Assembly: GCA_902605135.1 (NCBI GenBank)
Contig: CACLBK010000001.1
Location: forward strand, 38,583 to 102,582
DNA: 64,000 nt
Direction: 5' to 3'
Source: an uncultured Alphaproteobacteria bacterium
GTDB taxonomy: Bacteria; Pseudomonadota; Alphaproteobacteria; HIMB59; GCA-002718135
The notes below the pieces were generated by a model that saw only the letters and a list, made by a program, of their open reading frames with translations, made no database searches and had not been told where the DNA came from. This document shows positions 51,386-60,442 of this stretch, one piece after another. Position numbers and translations under genes: made by a program. How positions within the stretch are numbered: the stretch's first letter is position 1; each line of letters starts with the position of its first letter.

Positions 51386-52651
51386 ATTTCTACTTCAGCA
51401 TTACTTACAACGGACGGAATTCCTTTAAAGCAAAGTTTAAAAAAAGCTGAGCGTAAAAATAAAATAAGGGCATTTTTATTAGTTTTTCCTCTATTACTTT
51501 TTATAATCGTTACATTTGTTATGCCAATTGGTGATATGCTTTTTAGAAGTGTAGATGACAGTCAAATCAATGGTGTATTTCCAAATACTTTTAACGAATA
51601 TAAAAAATGGGATAAAGAAAAAGACGAACTGCCACCAGAAGAAGTTTATAAAGCTCTTTTTGAAGAACTTGCTTATGGTGAGAAAATACAAATTGGAAGA
51701 GCGTTAACTCGCATGAACTATTCAAAATCAGGTTGGAAAAGTCTGATTAAGACAACTTCTAGAGAAATTAAAAAAGCTGTAAAAAAAGATGAACTTCCAA
51801 ATAATTATAAAGAATTTTTGATTACCGCTAATGAAAAATGGGCCGACCCAACTTTTTGGTATGCAATGGGGCAGATGGTTAATGATACTACACCTATTTA
51901 TTATTGGAACGCTCTTGATAGAACTTATGACCAAGATCAAAATGTTGTCATGCAAGATGAAAAAAGACGAATTTATATAAAAACTTGGATAAAGACCTTA
52001 AAAATAAGCGTTTATGTTACAATTTTTTGTTTAATTCTTGGTTTCCCCGTAGCTCATCTTCTTGCAAATTTACCATTAAGATACAGTAATCTTCTAATGA
52101 TTTTTGTTTTACTTCCATTTTGGACATCACTTTTAGTTCGAACTACTGCTTGGATTGTTATGCTTCAACAAAATGGAGTAATAAATGGAATATTGGTATG
52201 GTTAGGTATTTTGAGTGATGATGGTCGATTACAATTAGTTTATAATGAAACAGGAACTTTAATTGCCATGACACAAATATTGTTACCATTTATGATACTT
52301 CCTTTGTATAGTGTGATGAGAGTTATACCTAAAAGTCATATGAGAGCAGCACAAAACTTAGGGGCTAAGCCTGCCACTGCTTTCTGGAGAGTATATCTAC
52401 CGCAAACTATTCCTGGCATGAGTGCAGGTGGATTATTAGTTTTTGTATTAGCAATTGGATATTTTATTACTCCTGAATTAGTCGGTGGTAAAGATGGAAA
52501 ATTAATTGGTCATTGGATTGCTTATCATCTTAAAACAACTTTAAACTGGGGTTTATGCGCTGCTTTAGGCGCAATTCTTCTTGGTGTAATGCTAATATTT
52601 TATTGGCTTTATAATAAAATAGTTGGCATAGACAATATTAAGTTAGGATAA
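51386..52651 (+). CDS. ABC transporter permease (PotB-like) with a large extra loop; probable ATT start
   Basis: The reading frame is open from 51377, and the upstream in-frame sequence encodes KKAERKNKIRAFLLVFPLLLFIIVTFV (basic stretch plus TM1) ahead of the first ATG (51521). AGGAGG lies 5 nt before the ATT at 51386. The EAA-loop is AAQNLGAKPATAFWRVYLPQTIPG. Confidence 0.78.
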   Translation: MSTSALLTTDGIPLKQSLKKAERKNKIRAFLLVFPLLLFIIVTFVMPIGDMLFRSVDDSQINGVFPNTFNEYKKWDKEKDELPPEEVYKALFEELAYGEKIQIGRALTRMNYSKSGWKSLIKTTSREIKKAVKKDELPNNYKEFLITANEKWADPTFWYAMGQMVNDTTPIYYWNALDRTYDQDQNVVMQDEKRRIYIKTWIKTLKISVYVTIFCLILGFPVAHLLANLPLRYSNLLMIFVLLPFWTSLLVRTTAWIVMLQQNGVINGILVWLGILSDDGRLQLVYNETGTLIAMTQILLPFMILPLYSVMRVIPKSHMRAAQNLGAKPATAFWRVYLPQTIPGMSAGGLLVFVLAIGYFITPELVGGKDGKLIGHWIAYHLKTTLNWGLCAALGAILLGVMLIFYWLYNKIVGIDNIKLG

Positions 52652-52654
52652 TTT

Positions 52655-53551
52655 ATGGCACTACCAAGTTACGCAACTCCAGTACAAAGAACTTACTACT
52701 ACGCCTATTTATTTTTTTGCGCAGTAGTTTTCTTTTTTTTAATTGCACCTTTATTTGCTATTATTCCAATATCTTTTAGCGTTTCACCATTTATGGTTTT
52801 TACAGAAGGAATGCTTGCATGGCCTCCTGATCCAGAAGCGTGGTCTTTAAGATGGTACAAAAACATGATAGGCGATTGTAGTGCTGATGTTGTTTCTTCT
52901 ACAGTTCCTTGTTCAACAAAATGGATGAAAGGTACAGTAAATAGTTTTTACATCGGTACTATAGCAACTGTTATTGCAACTGCTTTAGGTACTTTAGCAG
53001 CTTTAGGTTTGAGCAGACCTCATATGCCATACAAAGGATTAATAATGGCAATCTTAATCTCACCTATGATTGTTCCATTAATTATCACAGCTGCAGGCAT
53101 GTTTTTCTTTTATGCTAGAATAAACCTAGTTTATACATTTACAGGAGTAATATTGGCTCATGTAGCTCTTGCAACACCATTTGTTGTAATAACTGTAACT
53201 GCTACATTAGTTGGTTTTGATATGAACATGGTAAAAGCAGCACAAAGTCTTGGTGCAAAACCAATTAGAACATTTTTCAAAGTTATTATGCCATTAATTT
53301 TGCCAGGTATTATATCTGGAGCTTTGTTTGCTTTTATAACTTCTTTTGATGAAGTAGTTGTAGTTATGTTTATGGCAAGTATCGATCAATTAACAATACC
53401 TAAACAAATGTGGGCTGGAATACGTCAAGAAATAAGTCCCGTTATATTATGCATGGCAACATGCTTAGTTTTACTCTCAATCTTTTTATTAACTACAGTT
53501 GAGCTCCTTAGAAGAAGGTCTGAAAAACTCAGAGGTATTAAAGCTCGATAG
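52655..53551 (+). CDS. ABC transporter permease (PotC-like)
   Basis: 298 aa with 6 TM segments and the EAA-loop AAQSLGAKPIRTFFKVIMPLILPG. Confidence 0.88.
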   Translation: MALPSYATPVQRTYYYAYLFFCAVVFFFLIAPLFAIIPISFSVSPFMVFTEGMLAWPPDPEAWSLRWYKNMIGDCSADVVSSTVPCSTKWMKGTVNSFYIGTIATVIATALGTLAALGLSRPHMPYKGLIMAILISPMIVPLIITAAGMFFFYARINLVYTFTGVILAHVALATPFVVITVTATLVGFDMNMVKAAQSLGAKPIRTFFKVIMPLILPGIISGALFAFITSFDEVVVVMFMASIDQLTIPKQMWAGIRQEISPVILCMATCLVLLSIFLLTTVELLRRRSEKLRGIKAR

Positions 53552-53555
53552 AATA

Positions 53556-54785
53556 GTGAAGAACATTGCTGTTATTGGTGCTGGAATAGTAGGTATCTGT
53601 AGTGCTTATTTTCTGAAAAAATCTGGCTTTAATGTAACTCTTATAGATAGAGAAGATCCGGGTACAATGACCAGTTTTGGTCATGCATGTAGTTTTGCCG
53701 ACTATGCAAATGTTCCTGTAAATTACCCTGGATTAATATGGGACATACCTAAAATGTTATTGAGAAAAGATGGTCCTTTAGCTGTTGATTTTTTGTATAT
53801 TCTTAAAAATTTACCTTGGGCTATAAGTTTTCTCAAAAATTGCAAAAAAGAAAAAGTTGATGAGATTGCTAGTTCACTTACAAATCTATTAAAGCATTCA
53901 CAGCTATCTTATGATGAGATTTTCAAAGATATAGATGTGCAGGAGTATATAAGTAATGAAGAAAATTTATATTTATTTGACACTAAAAAATCTTTTGAAG
54001 ATTATGAATACGCAAATGTAATTAGAAAAAACAATAGAGTTAAAGTAAGAAACTTAAATAAAAATGAGGTTAAAGAATTAGAACCAAACATTGCTGATGT
54101 TTATTATGCGGGTCAAGTGTTTACTGGATCAAGACACACAACAAATCCTTTAGCTATTAGTACAAAAATTTTCGAAAAATTTTTAGAAATAGGTGGTATT
54201 TATATAAAGCAAAATGTTAAAAATATATTTCAAAATGAAAACAGAATAGAATTATTTTTAGAAGATAAAAAAATATACTTTGATAAAGTAATTATAAGTG
54301 CTGGTGCTTGGTCGAATCAAATTGCAAATATGCTTGGTGACAAATTTCCACTTGATACCGAAAGAGGATATCATATTTTATTTGAAACAAATGAAAAATT
54401 GATTAATCGACCGGTTGCTTGGTCTGAATCTGGATTTTATTTAATACAAATTCATAATGGTATCAGAGCCGCAGGAACTGTTGAAATTGCAGGATTAACA
54501 AAACCTTCAAATACGAAACGTCTTAAAATGATAGAAAGACAATCAAGAAAAGTTTTACCTCAACTAGGAGATATTAAATCAACATGGATGGGTAGAAGAC
54601 CAACTTTACCTGACTCACTTCCAATTATTGGAAAATCTAAACAGAGTAATAATGTTATTTATGCCTTTGGACATCAACATGTTGGCTGGACCTTAGGAGC
54701 TGTAACAGGAAAAATTATTGATAGTTTATCAAAGGATCAAGTGCCAAATATTGATATTACTGCTTATTCTCCATCAAGATTCTAG
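53556..54785 (+). CDS. FAD-dependent oxidoreductase (DadA / D-amino-acid dehydrogenase-like)
   Basis: Track ORF 53499 is trimmed to the GTG at 53556, just after the permease stop. The N-terminal motif is KNIAVIGAGIVGICSAYFL. Confidence 0.8.
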   Translation: MKNIAVIGAGIVGICSAYFLKKSGFNVTLIDREDPGTMTSFGHACSFADYANVPVNYPGLIWDIPKMLLRKDGPLAVDFLYILKNLPWAISFLKNCKKEKVDEIASSLTNLLKHSQLSYDEIFKDIDVQEYISNEENLYLFDTKKSFEDYEYANVIRKNNRVKVRNLNKNEVKELEPNIADVYYAGQVFTGSRHTTNPLAISTKIFEKFLEIGGIYIKQNVKNIFQNENRIELFLEDKKIYFDKVIISAGAWSNQIANMLGDKFPLDTERGYHILFETNEKLINRPVAWSESGFYLIQIHNGIRAAGTVEIAGLTKPSNTKRLKMIERQSRKVLPQLGDIKSTWMGRRPTLPDSLPIIGKSKQSNNVIYAFGHQHVGWTLGAVTGKIIDSLSKDQVPNIDITAYSPSRF

Positions 54786-54794
54786 TTTAATCTA

Positions 54795-54824
54795 TTGCAA
54801 CCATTGTAGTAATAGTGATATTAT
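54795..54824 (+). promoter_or_regulatory. Candidate sigma70-type promoter for the LLM cassette
   Basis: TTGCAA (54795-54800), an 18-nt spacer ending in an extended-10 TG, then TATTAT (54819-54824). It lies in a 117-bp spacer, which is long for this window. Confidence 0.33.
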
Positions 54825-54902
54825 ATCAACAACGATACATAACTCAGCGTATAATCATTACGAAAGTGGGATCGGTCGTAACTTAATATAAATTTTATTA
54901 AA

Positions 54903-56069
54903 ATGAAATTTGGATATTTTTGTAATACGACTAATTGGAAACACAAACCATTTAATCAATTATTAGAAGAAGCAAGAGAAATATCAGCTTTTTGTGATGA
55001 AAATAATTGGGATTCAATTTGGTTTACAGAGCATCATTTCAATCATGAAGGCATGGAGTCTTGTACTAATCCTCTGATGATGGGAACAGATGTTGCCGCA
55101 AGAACAAAAAAAATAAAAATTGGACAAGCATGTAATGTAATAACTTTTCATAATCCTATCCGTCTAGCTGAAGATATAGCTTTTTTAGACCAATTATCTG
55201 AAGGCAGAGTAGAGGTTGGAATTGGAAGAGGTGTATACGGAAGAGAAGCAATAAATATGAATAAAGAGGCCGATCTTAAAGATCAAGCAAAAAACTTTAG
55301 ACTATTTGAAGAGACATTAAGCATAATGAAAAAAGCTTGGACAGAAAAATTCTTTAATCACAAAGGAGAGTTTTACACTTATCCTGCACCAAACTTTAAA
55401 TGGCAACATGATATGAGTCCACCAAATGAAGAGTTCTTGGACATAGATACTAATGAAGTAAAAAAAATTAGCATTGTTCCAAAACCATTTCAAAAACCTC
55501 ATCCAGCAATCTGGCAAGTTGTTGATAGCCCCTCGTCAATAGAGTGGGCAGCCGCAAATGGAATAAATACTATAATGTGGATACCTACTGTTAAAGCACT
55601 CAAGAAAAGATTTCTACTCTACAAGGAAGCAAAATCAAAAGCTGAAAACCGAGAAGTTCCTCTTGGAGAAGGTATCTGTCTTGTTAGAGATATGTTTATA
55701 GCTGATACAATGGAGGAAGCTGAAAAACTTGCTGGAGAACATATAGTAAATTATATGCGTTGGGTTTGTCACTGGCGAGGTTTAGGTAATCATATGGACC
55801 CAGGTGAAATACTTCCAGAAACTGATCATAAATTAGATTTATTAAATTATGATTTTTTACATAAAAGAAATTTACTTTTTGGAACACCGGAATACGTGGT
55901 TAATAAAATTAATGAATTAAAATCAGAATTAAATCTCCAAAATTTACAAGTTTGGTCAAACTTTCCAGGAATTGACCATGAAGCATGTATGAGAAGTATA
56001 AAATTATTTACAAACGAAGTAATGCCGAAAATAAAAGTTGATGAATCAAATATTCAAATTGCCAGCTAA
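54903..56069 (+). CDS. LLM-class (luciferase-like) flavin-dependent monooxygenase
   Basis: 388 aa starting MKFGYF, with WFTEHHF and the TIM-barrel LLM pattern. Confidence 0.85.
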   Translation: MKFGYFCNTTNWKHKPFNQLLEEAREISAFCDENNWDSIWFTEHHFNHEGMESCTNPLMMGTDVAARTKKIKIGQACNVITFHNPIRLAEDIAFLDQLSEGRVEVGIGRGVYGREAINMNKEADLKDQAKNFRLFEETLSIMKKAWTEKFFNHKGEFYTYPAPNFKWQHDMSPPNEEFLDIDTNEVKKISIVPKPFQKPHPAIWQVVDSPSSIEWAAANGINTIMWIPTVKALKKRFLLYKEAKSKAENREVPLGEGICLVRDMFIADTMEEAEKLAGEHIVNYMRWVCHWRGLGNHMDPGEILPETDHKLDLLNYDFLHKRNLLFGTPEYVVNKINELKSELNLQNLQVWSNFPGIDHEACMRSIKLFTNEVMPKIKVDESNIQIAS

Positions 56070-56071
56070 TA

Positions 56072-56659
56072 ATGGAATTGAAGTTACGTAAATTTAATAA
56101 ATTTGTAGATAAAACTTTCATCGAAGGAGGAAAAGAGGCTAAGGATCCAGTGCTACTAGTTTCTGTAGCAGCAGTTTTTGAAAATCCCTGGAAAGATAAG
56201 GGATTTGTTGAAGATTTAAAACCTATAATTTTAGATCTTGCACCAAAATTAGGTGCTATTCTTGTCCCTGAACTTGTAAAAGAAATAGGCACACCAGAAA
56301 AAATTTTAGCTTATGGGAAAGCAGGTATTGTAGGTTTAAATGGTGAAATTGAACATGCTTCAGCTTTTATACATACTCTTCGGTTTGGTAACATTTTTAG
56401 AGATGCCGTAGGTGGAACTTCTTATTTAAGTTTTACTAATACTAGAGGTCCTGCTGGATCAAAAATTTCAATTCCTATGATGCACAAAACAGATGCTGGT
56501 CTAAGACCTTATTATTTAACACATGAATTTACAATTCACGATGCTCCATTTGATAATGAAATTGTAATCGCTATTGGAGGAGCAACAACAGGTAGAGCTC
56601 ATGCTAGGACTGGTGATAGATATCAAGATATGAAAGAAATGGGTATAGAGCCAAAATAA
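56072..56659 (+). CDS. 'Amino acid synthesis' family protein (DUF1185/AA_synth), function unknown
   Basis: 195 aa. The N-terminal IEGGKEAKDPVLLVSVAAVFENPW and C-terminal GGATTGRAHAR blocks match my memory of this family. Confidence 0.72.
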   Translation: MELKLRKFNKFVDKTFIEGGKEAKDPVLLVSVAAVFENPWKDKGFVEDLKPIILDLAPKLGAILVPELVKEIGTPEKILAYGKAGIVGLNGEIEHASAFIHTLRFGNIFRDAVGGTSYLSFTNTRGPAGSKISIPMMHKTDAGLRPYYLTHEFTIHDAPFDNEIVIAIGGATTGRAHARTGDRYQDMKEMGIEPK

Positions 56660-57442
56660 ATGTTAAAGAATTTTGATAAAAATCAAAATTATTATAAATT
56701 TTATAAAAGAAAAAATATTCCTATAGTTTTTATTCATGGTGTTGGTCTGGATCATGAAATGTGGTTTCCTCAAATTAGATCTTTTAAAAATAATTCAATT
56801 TTAGTCTACGACTTATTAGGACATGGAAAAACACCACTAAATAAAAAAAGTGTTAATTTTGAAGATTTTTCAAAACAATTAAATAATTTGTTAAATAATT
56901 TAAATATTAAAAAAATAAATCTTGTAGGTTTCTCATTTGGTTCTTTAGTTGCTCTAAATTTTGCTAAAAAATATCAAAAAAAAGTTAATAAATTAATTTT
57001 AATATCTACTGTTTTTAAAAGAGATAATTTGGAAAAATATAACGTCAGAGAAAGATACAAAAAAGCAAAGAAAAATATACCAATATCTAATTTGGCTTTA
57101 AAAAGATGGTTAAGTCCTAAATTTATTAATAACAACCCAAAGATAAAAAAATATATTTTAACTACTCTTAATAAAAAAAATAAAGATTATTTAAATTTTT
57201 TAAAATCATACAAACTATTTTCTTATTTCAAAGATAGTACAATGGAAATTAAAAAAATAAAAGTACCTTCTCTTGTTTTAACTGGTACAAAAGATCAAGG
57301 TTCTACAGTGAAAATGTCACAAAACTTATCAAAGGAACTTATTAACTCACAATTTTTTAAAATTACCAATGCTAAACACTTATGCAGTATTGAGTATTCC
57401 TCAAATGTAAATATGATAATAAAAAAATTTCTAAATACTTGA
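56660..57442 (+). CDS. Alpha/beta-fold hydrolase
   Basis: 260 aa with the oxyanion HG (FIHGVG) and the nucleophile elbow GFSFGS. It starts 1 nt after the upstream stop. Confidence 0.8.
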   Translation: MLKNFDKNQNYYKFYKRKNIPIVFIHGVGLDHEMWFPQIRSFKNNSILVYDLLGHGKTPLNKKSVNFEDFSKQLNNLLNNLNIKKINLVGFSFGSLVALNFAKKYQKKVNKLILISTVFKRDNLEKYNVRERYKKAKKNIPISNLALKRWLSPKFINNNPKIKKYILTTLNKKNKDYLNFLKSYKLFSYFKDSTMEIKKIKVPSLVLTGTKDQGSTVKMSQNLSKELINSQFFKITNAKHLCSIEYSSNVNMIIKKFLNT

Positions 57443-57443
57443 T

Positions 57444-58919
57444 ATGATACAAGAATATAAAATGTTCATTAACGGTGAATGGGTCAATTCATCATCAGAT
57501 AAAAAAATAGAAACACTCAATCCAGAAAATAATGAAGTTTGGGCTTCTGTACCAGAAGCAAATGATCAAGATGTTGATTTTGCAGTACAAAGTGCACAAA
57601 AAGCTTTTGATAGTTCTTGGTCACAACTACACCCACGTGAAAGAGCTAAATATTTACGATTAATAGCAAATGAATTACGAGAGAATGCTGAACATCTTGG
57701 TAAAATTGAAACTATTGATACAGGGAAGTTATTTCGTGAAACAAAGACACAAGCTAATTATATTGCAGAGTATTATGATTACTTTGCAGGACTTGCAGAT
57801 AAAGTTGAGGGAACTGTTATACCTATTGATAAAGAAGATATGCAAGTTACAACTACTAGAGTGCCAATAGGAGTAGTGGCTGCAATTATTCCTTGGAATT
57901 CTCAAATGCTTCTTACAGCTGTAAAATTGGCTCCAGCTCTAGCTATGGGAAATACTGTTGTCATTAAAGCATCTGAATTAGCACCAGTTACACTATTAGA
58001 ATTTGCTAAACTTATTGAAAAAACGGGAATGCCAAAAGGAGTTGTTAATATTATAACCGGTCTAGGAGATCCTTGTGGGAAAGCATTAACACAACACCAT
58101 TTAGTCGAAAGGATTGCTTTTACAGGTGGACCTGAAACAGCAAGGCATATTGTAAAAAATTCATCATATAATTTGTCTCAAGTAAGTCTAGAACTTGGAG
58201 GAAAAAGTCCAGTAGCAGTCTTTGATGATGCTGATCAAGAAAATGCACTTAATGGAATAACTGCAGGTATATTTGGTGCTAGTGGTCAGAGTTGTATTGC
58301 AGGATCAAGATTATATATTCAATCATCTATCTACGAGATATTTCTAAACAAACTAATAGATAAAGCTAAAAAAATAAAATTAGGACCACCTATGTCAGAT
58401 GAAACACAAATGGGACCTTTGAATAGTCTTAAGCAGCTTGAAGTAATTGAAAAAAATATAAATGATACTGTTCAACAAGGCGGAGTAATAAAGTGTGGTG
58501 GAAAAAGATCCTCTTTATCTAATAAAGGATATTATTTTCCTGCAACTATCATAGAATGTGAAAATCATAATTTACCTACAGCAGAAAATGAATTGTTTGG
58601 CCCAGTTTTATCTGTGATGAAATTTGAAAAAGAAGATGAATTAGTAAACCTTATGAATGATAACAAGTATGGATTATCATCTGGTGTTTATACAAAAGAT
58701 TTGGGAAGAGGAATGAGAATTTCAAAAGCAATTAGAGCTGGAATAGTTTTTGTAAACACCTACCGTTTAATTTCTCCAATGGCACCATTTGGAGGTATGA
58801 AAGATAGTGGATATGGCAAAGAGGCAGGTCAAGAATCAATAAAAGAATATACCAGAGTAAAAACTACTTGGTTTAATGCTTCTCGAAAACCAATGAGTGA
58901 TCCTTTTACTATGGGTTAA
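57444..58919 (+). CDS. NAD(P)+ aldehyde dehydrogenase
   Basis: 491 aa with ELGGKSP and GQSCIAGSR. Confidence 0.9.
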   Translation: MIQEYKMFINGEWVNSSSDKKIETLNPENNEVWASVPEANDQDVDFAVQSAQKAFDSSWSQLHPRERAKYLRLIANELRENAEHLGKIETIDTGKLFRETKTQANYIAEYYDYFAGLADKVEGTVIPIDKEDMQVTTTRVPIGVVAAIIPWNSQMLLTAVKLAPALAMGNTVVIKASELAPVTLLEFAKLIEKTGMPKGVVNIITGLGDPCGKALTQHHLVERIAFTGGPETARHIVKNSSYNLSQVSLELGGKSPVAVFDDADQENALNGITAGIFGASGQSCIAGSRLYIQSSIYEIFLNKLIDKAKKIKLGPPMSDETQMGPLNSLKQLEVIEKNINDTVQQGGVIKCGGKRSSLSNKGYYFPATIIECENHNLPTAENELFGPVLSVMKFEKEDELVNLMNDNKYGLSSGVYTKDLGRGMRISKAIRAGIVFVNTYRLISPMAPFGGMKDSGYGKEAGQESIKEYTRVKTTWFNASRKPMSDPFTMG

Positions 58920-58924
58920 TATTA

Positions 58925-60358
58925 TTAGCTTAAGCTAATACCTACATTCTTAACTTGAAGATAAGATTTAAGTCCATCTACTCCTTTTTCACGGCTATAT
59001 CCTGATTGTTTATAACCTCCAAAAGGTGTTGCATGATTTCCGGTGAACCATTTATTTACATATACTTGACCAGCTTCTAATTTGCTTGCAGTCCAAGATG
59101 CTTTCTTAAGATCTTTAGTAAAAACTCCTGCACCTAATCCGTACTCAGTATCATTTGCAATATTTATGGCTTCCTCTTGATCTTCATATTCAAGAACTGA
59201 GAGTACTGGACCAAATATTTCTTCTCTGGCTACAGTCATATTTTGTTTAACATTGTTTAGAACAGTTGGTTCCATAAAATATCCTTCACGTTCTAATCTT
59301 TTTCCACCGTACGCTGCTTCTGCCCCTTCTTGAATTCCTGATCTTGCATAACCTTCAACTTTTTGTAGTTGATTTTCTGATATTACAGGAGTTAGGTCTG
59401 TATCTTTTTCTATACCAGGTCCAATTTTTAAAGATTTACTCATATCAACAAGCTTATCTACTAATTCATCTTTAATTGACTTATGAACTACCAATCTAGA
59501 CATCGCTGTACAAATTTGTCCTGCAACACTAAATATTCCTGAACGAGCACTTTCTAGAACTTCATTTAGATCAGCGTCAGGGTAAACAATACCAGCTGAT
59601 TTACCTCCTAATTCAACTACAGCAGGAATAGCTTTATCAGCACAAGCATGAAGTATTTTTTTTCCAGTAGCAACTGAGCCTGTAAATACTACATGATTTA
59701 CATCTTCATGAGATACAAGATAAGATCCTGCTTCATTGCCATATCCACAAATTATATTGATTAATCCTTCTGGCACATCAGCATTTTGTATTGCTTTTGC
59801 AAAAATTGTTGCTGACAAAGGAGTTAATTCTGCAGTTTTAATGATTGTTGAATTTCCAGTGGCAAATGAACAAGATAGTGATCTTCCAATCATTGATAAT
59901 GGGAAATTCCAAGGCACAACATGTGCCGATACACCAAAAGGTTCTAAAATTGTGTAATCAAAAACATTTTTTGCTACAGGTATTGTTTTACCTTCAAGTT
60001 TATCAGTTAAGCCAGCATAATAATCAAACATATCAGCTACATCATTGAACTCTTTAATTGCTGAAGCAATATTTTTTCCATTTTCATAACAAAGAAGCTC
60101 TCCTCCTTCTTTAGAAACTTTTCTTGTTTCTTCAGCAATCTTTCGCATAAGTTTTGCTCTCGAGAGTAAAGGCATATCTACCAGCACTCTGCTGTTATAA
60201 GAATTTTTAGCTGCTTCTACTGCAAGATCAACTTCATTTTTTTTTGCACATGAAATTTCACCAATGATTTTACCATTTGATGGATCATCAACCTTTATTG
60301 TTTCCTTGGACTCACTTTCAATCCATTTATTATTTACAAAATTCTTATATTTTTCCAT
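58925..60358 (-). CDS. NAD(P)+ aldehyde dehydrogenase
   Basis: 477 aa with ELGGKSA and GQICTAMSR. Confidence 0.9.
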   Translation of the reverse strand: MEKYKNFVNNKWIESESKETIKVDDPSNGKIIGEISCAKKNEVDLAVEAAKNSYNSRVLVDMPLLSRAKLMRKIAEETRKVSKEGGELLCYENGKNIASAIKEFNDVADMFDYYAGLTDKLEGKTIPVAKNVFDYTILEPFGVSAHVVPWNFPLSMIGRSLSCSFATGNSTIIKTAELTPLSATIFAKAIQNADVPEGLINIICGYGNEAGSYLVSHEDVNHVVFTGSVATGKKILHACADKAIPAVVELGGKSAGIVYPDADLNEVLESARSGIFSVAGQICTAMSRLVVHKSIKDELVDKLVDMSKSLKIGPGIEKDTDLTPVISENQLQKVEGYARSGIQEGAEAAYGGKRLEREGYFMEPTVLNNVKQNMTVAREEIFGPVLSVLEYEDQEEAINIANDTEYGLGAGVFTKDLKKASWTASKLEAGQVYVNKWFTGNHATPFGGYKQSGYSREKGVDGLKSYLQVKNVGISLS

Positions 60359-60397
60359 TTTCTGCGTTTTTTAATTAATTATTTTTGTTTCATTCTT

Positions 60398-60422
60398 TAT
60401 CATTTAGGATATGAAAATGATA
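60398..60422. repeat. Perfect 8-bp inverted repeat TATCATTT-N9-AAATGATA in a divergent control region (candidate operator)
   Basis: Read directly in the 84-bp spacer between the ALDH(-) gene and the GS-like(+) gene. Confidence 0.3.
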
Positions 60423-60442
60423 CAAATTTAATTTTAAGAAAC

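Noticed and set aside
54786-54902. Possible riboswitch or structured leader in the 117-bp spacer before the LLM gene, which contains a G+C-rich patch.
   Set aside because: I could find only 4-6 bp imperfect pairings and no resemblance to riboswitch cores I know (SAM-II/V, glycine, guanidine, TPP). A covariance-model scan would be needed.
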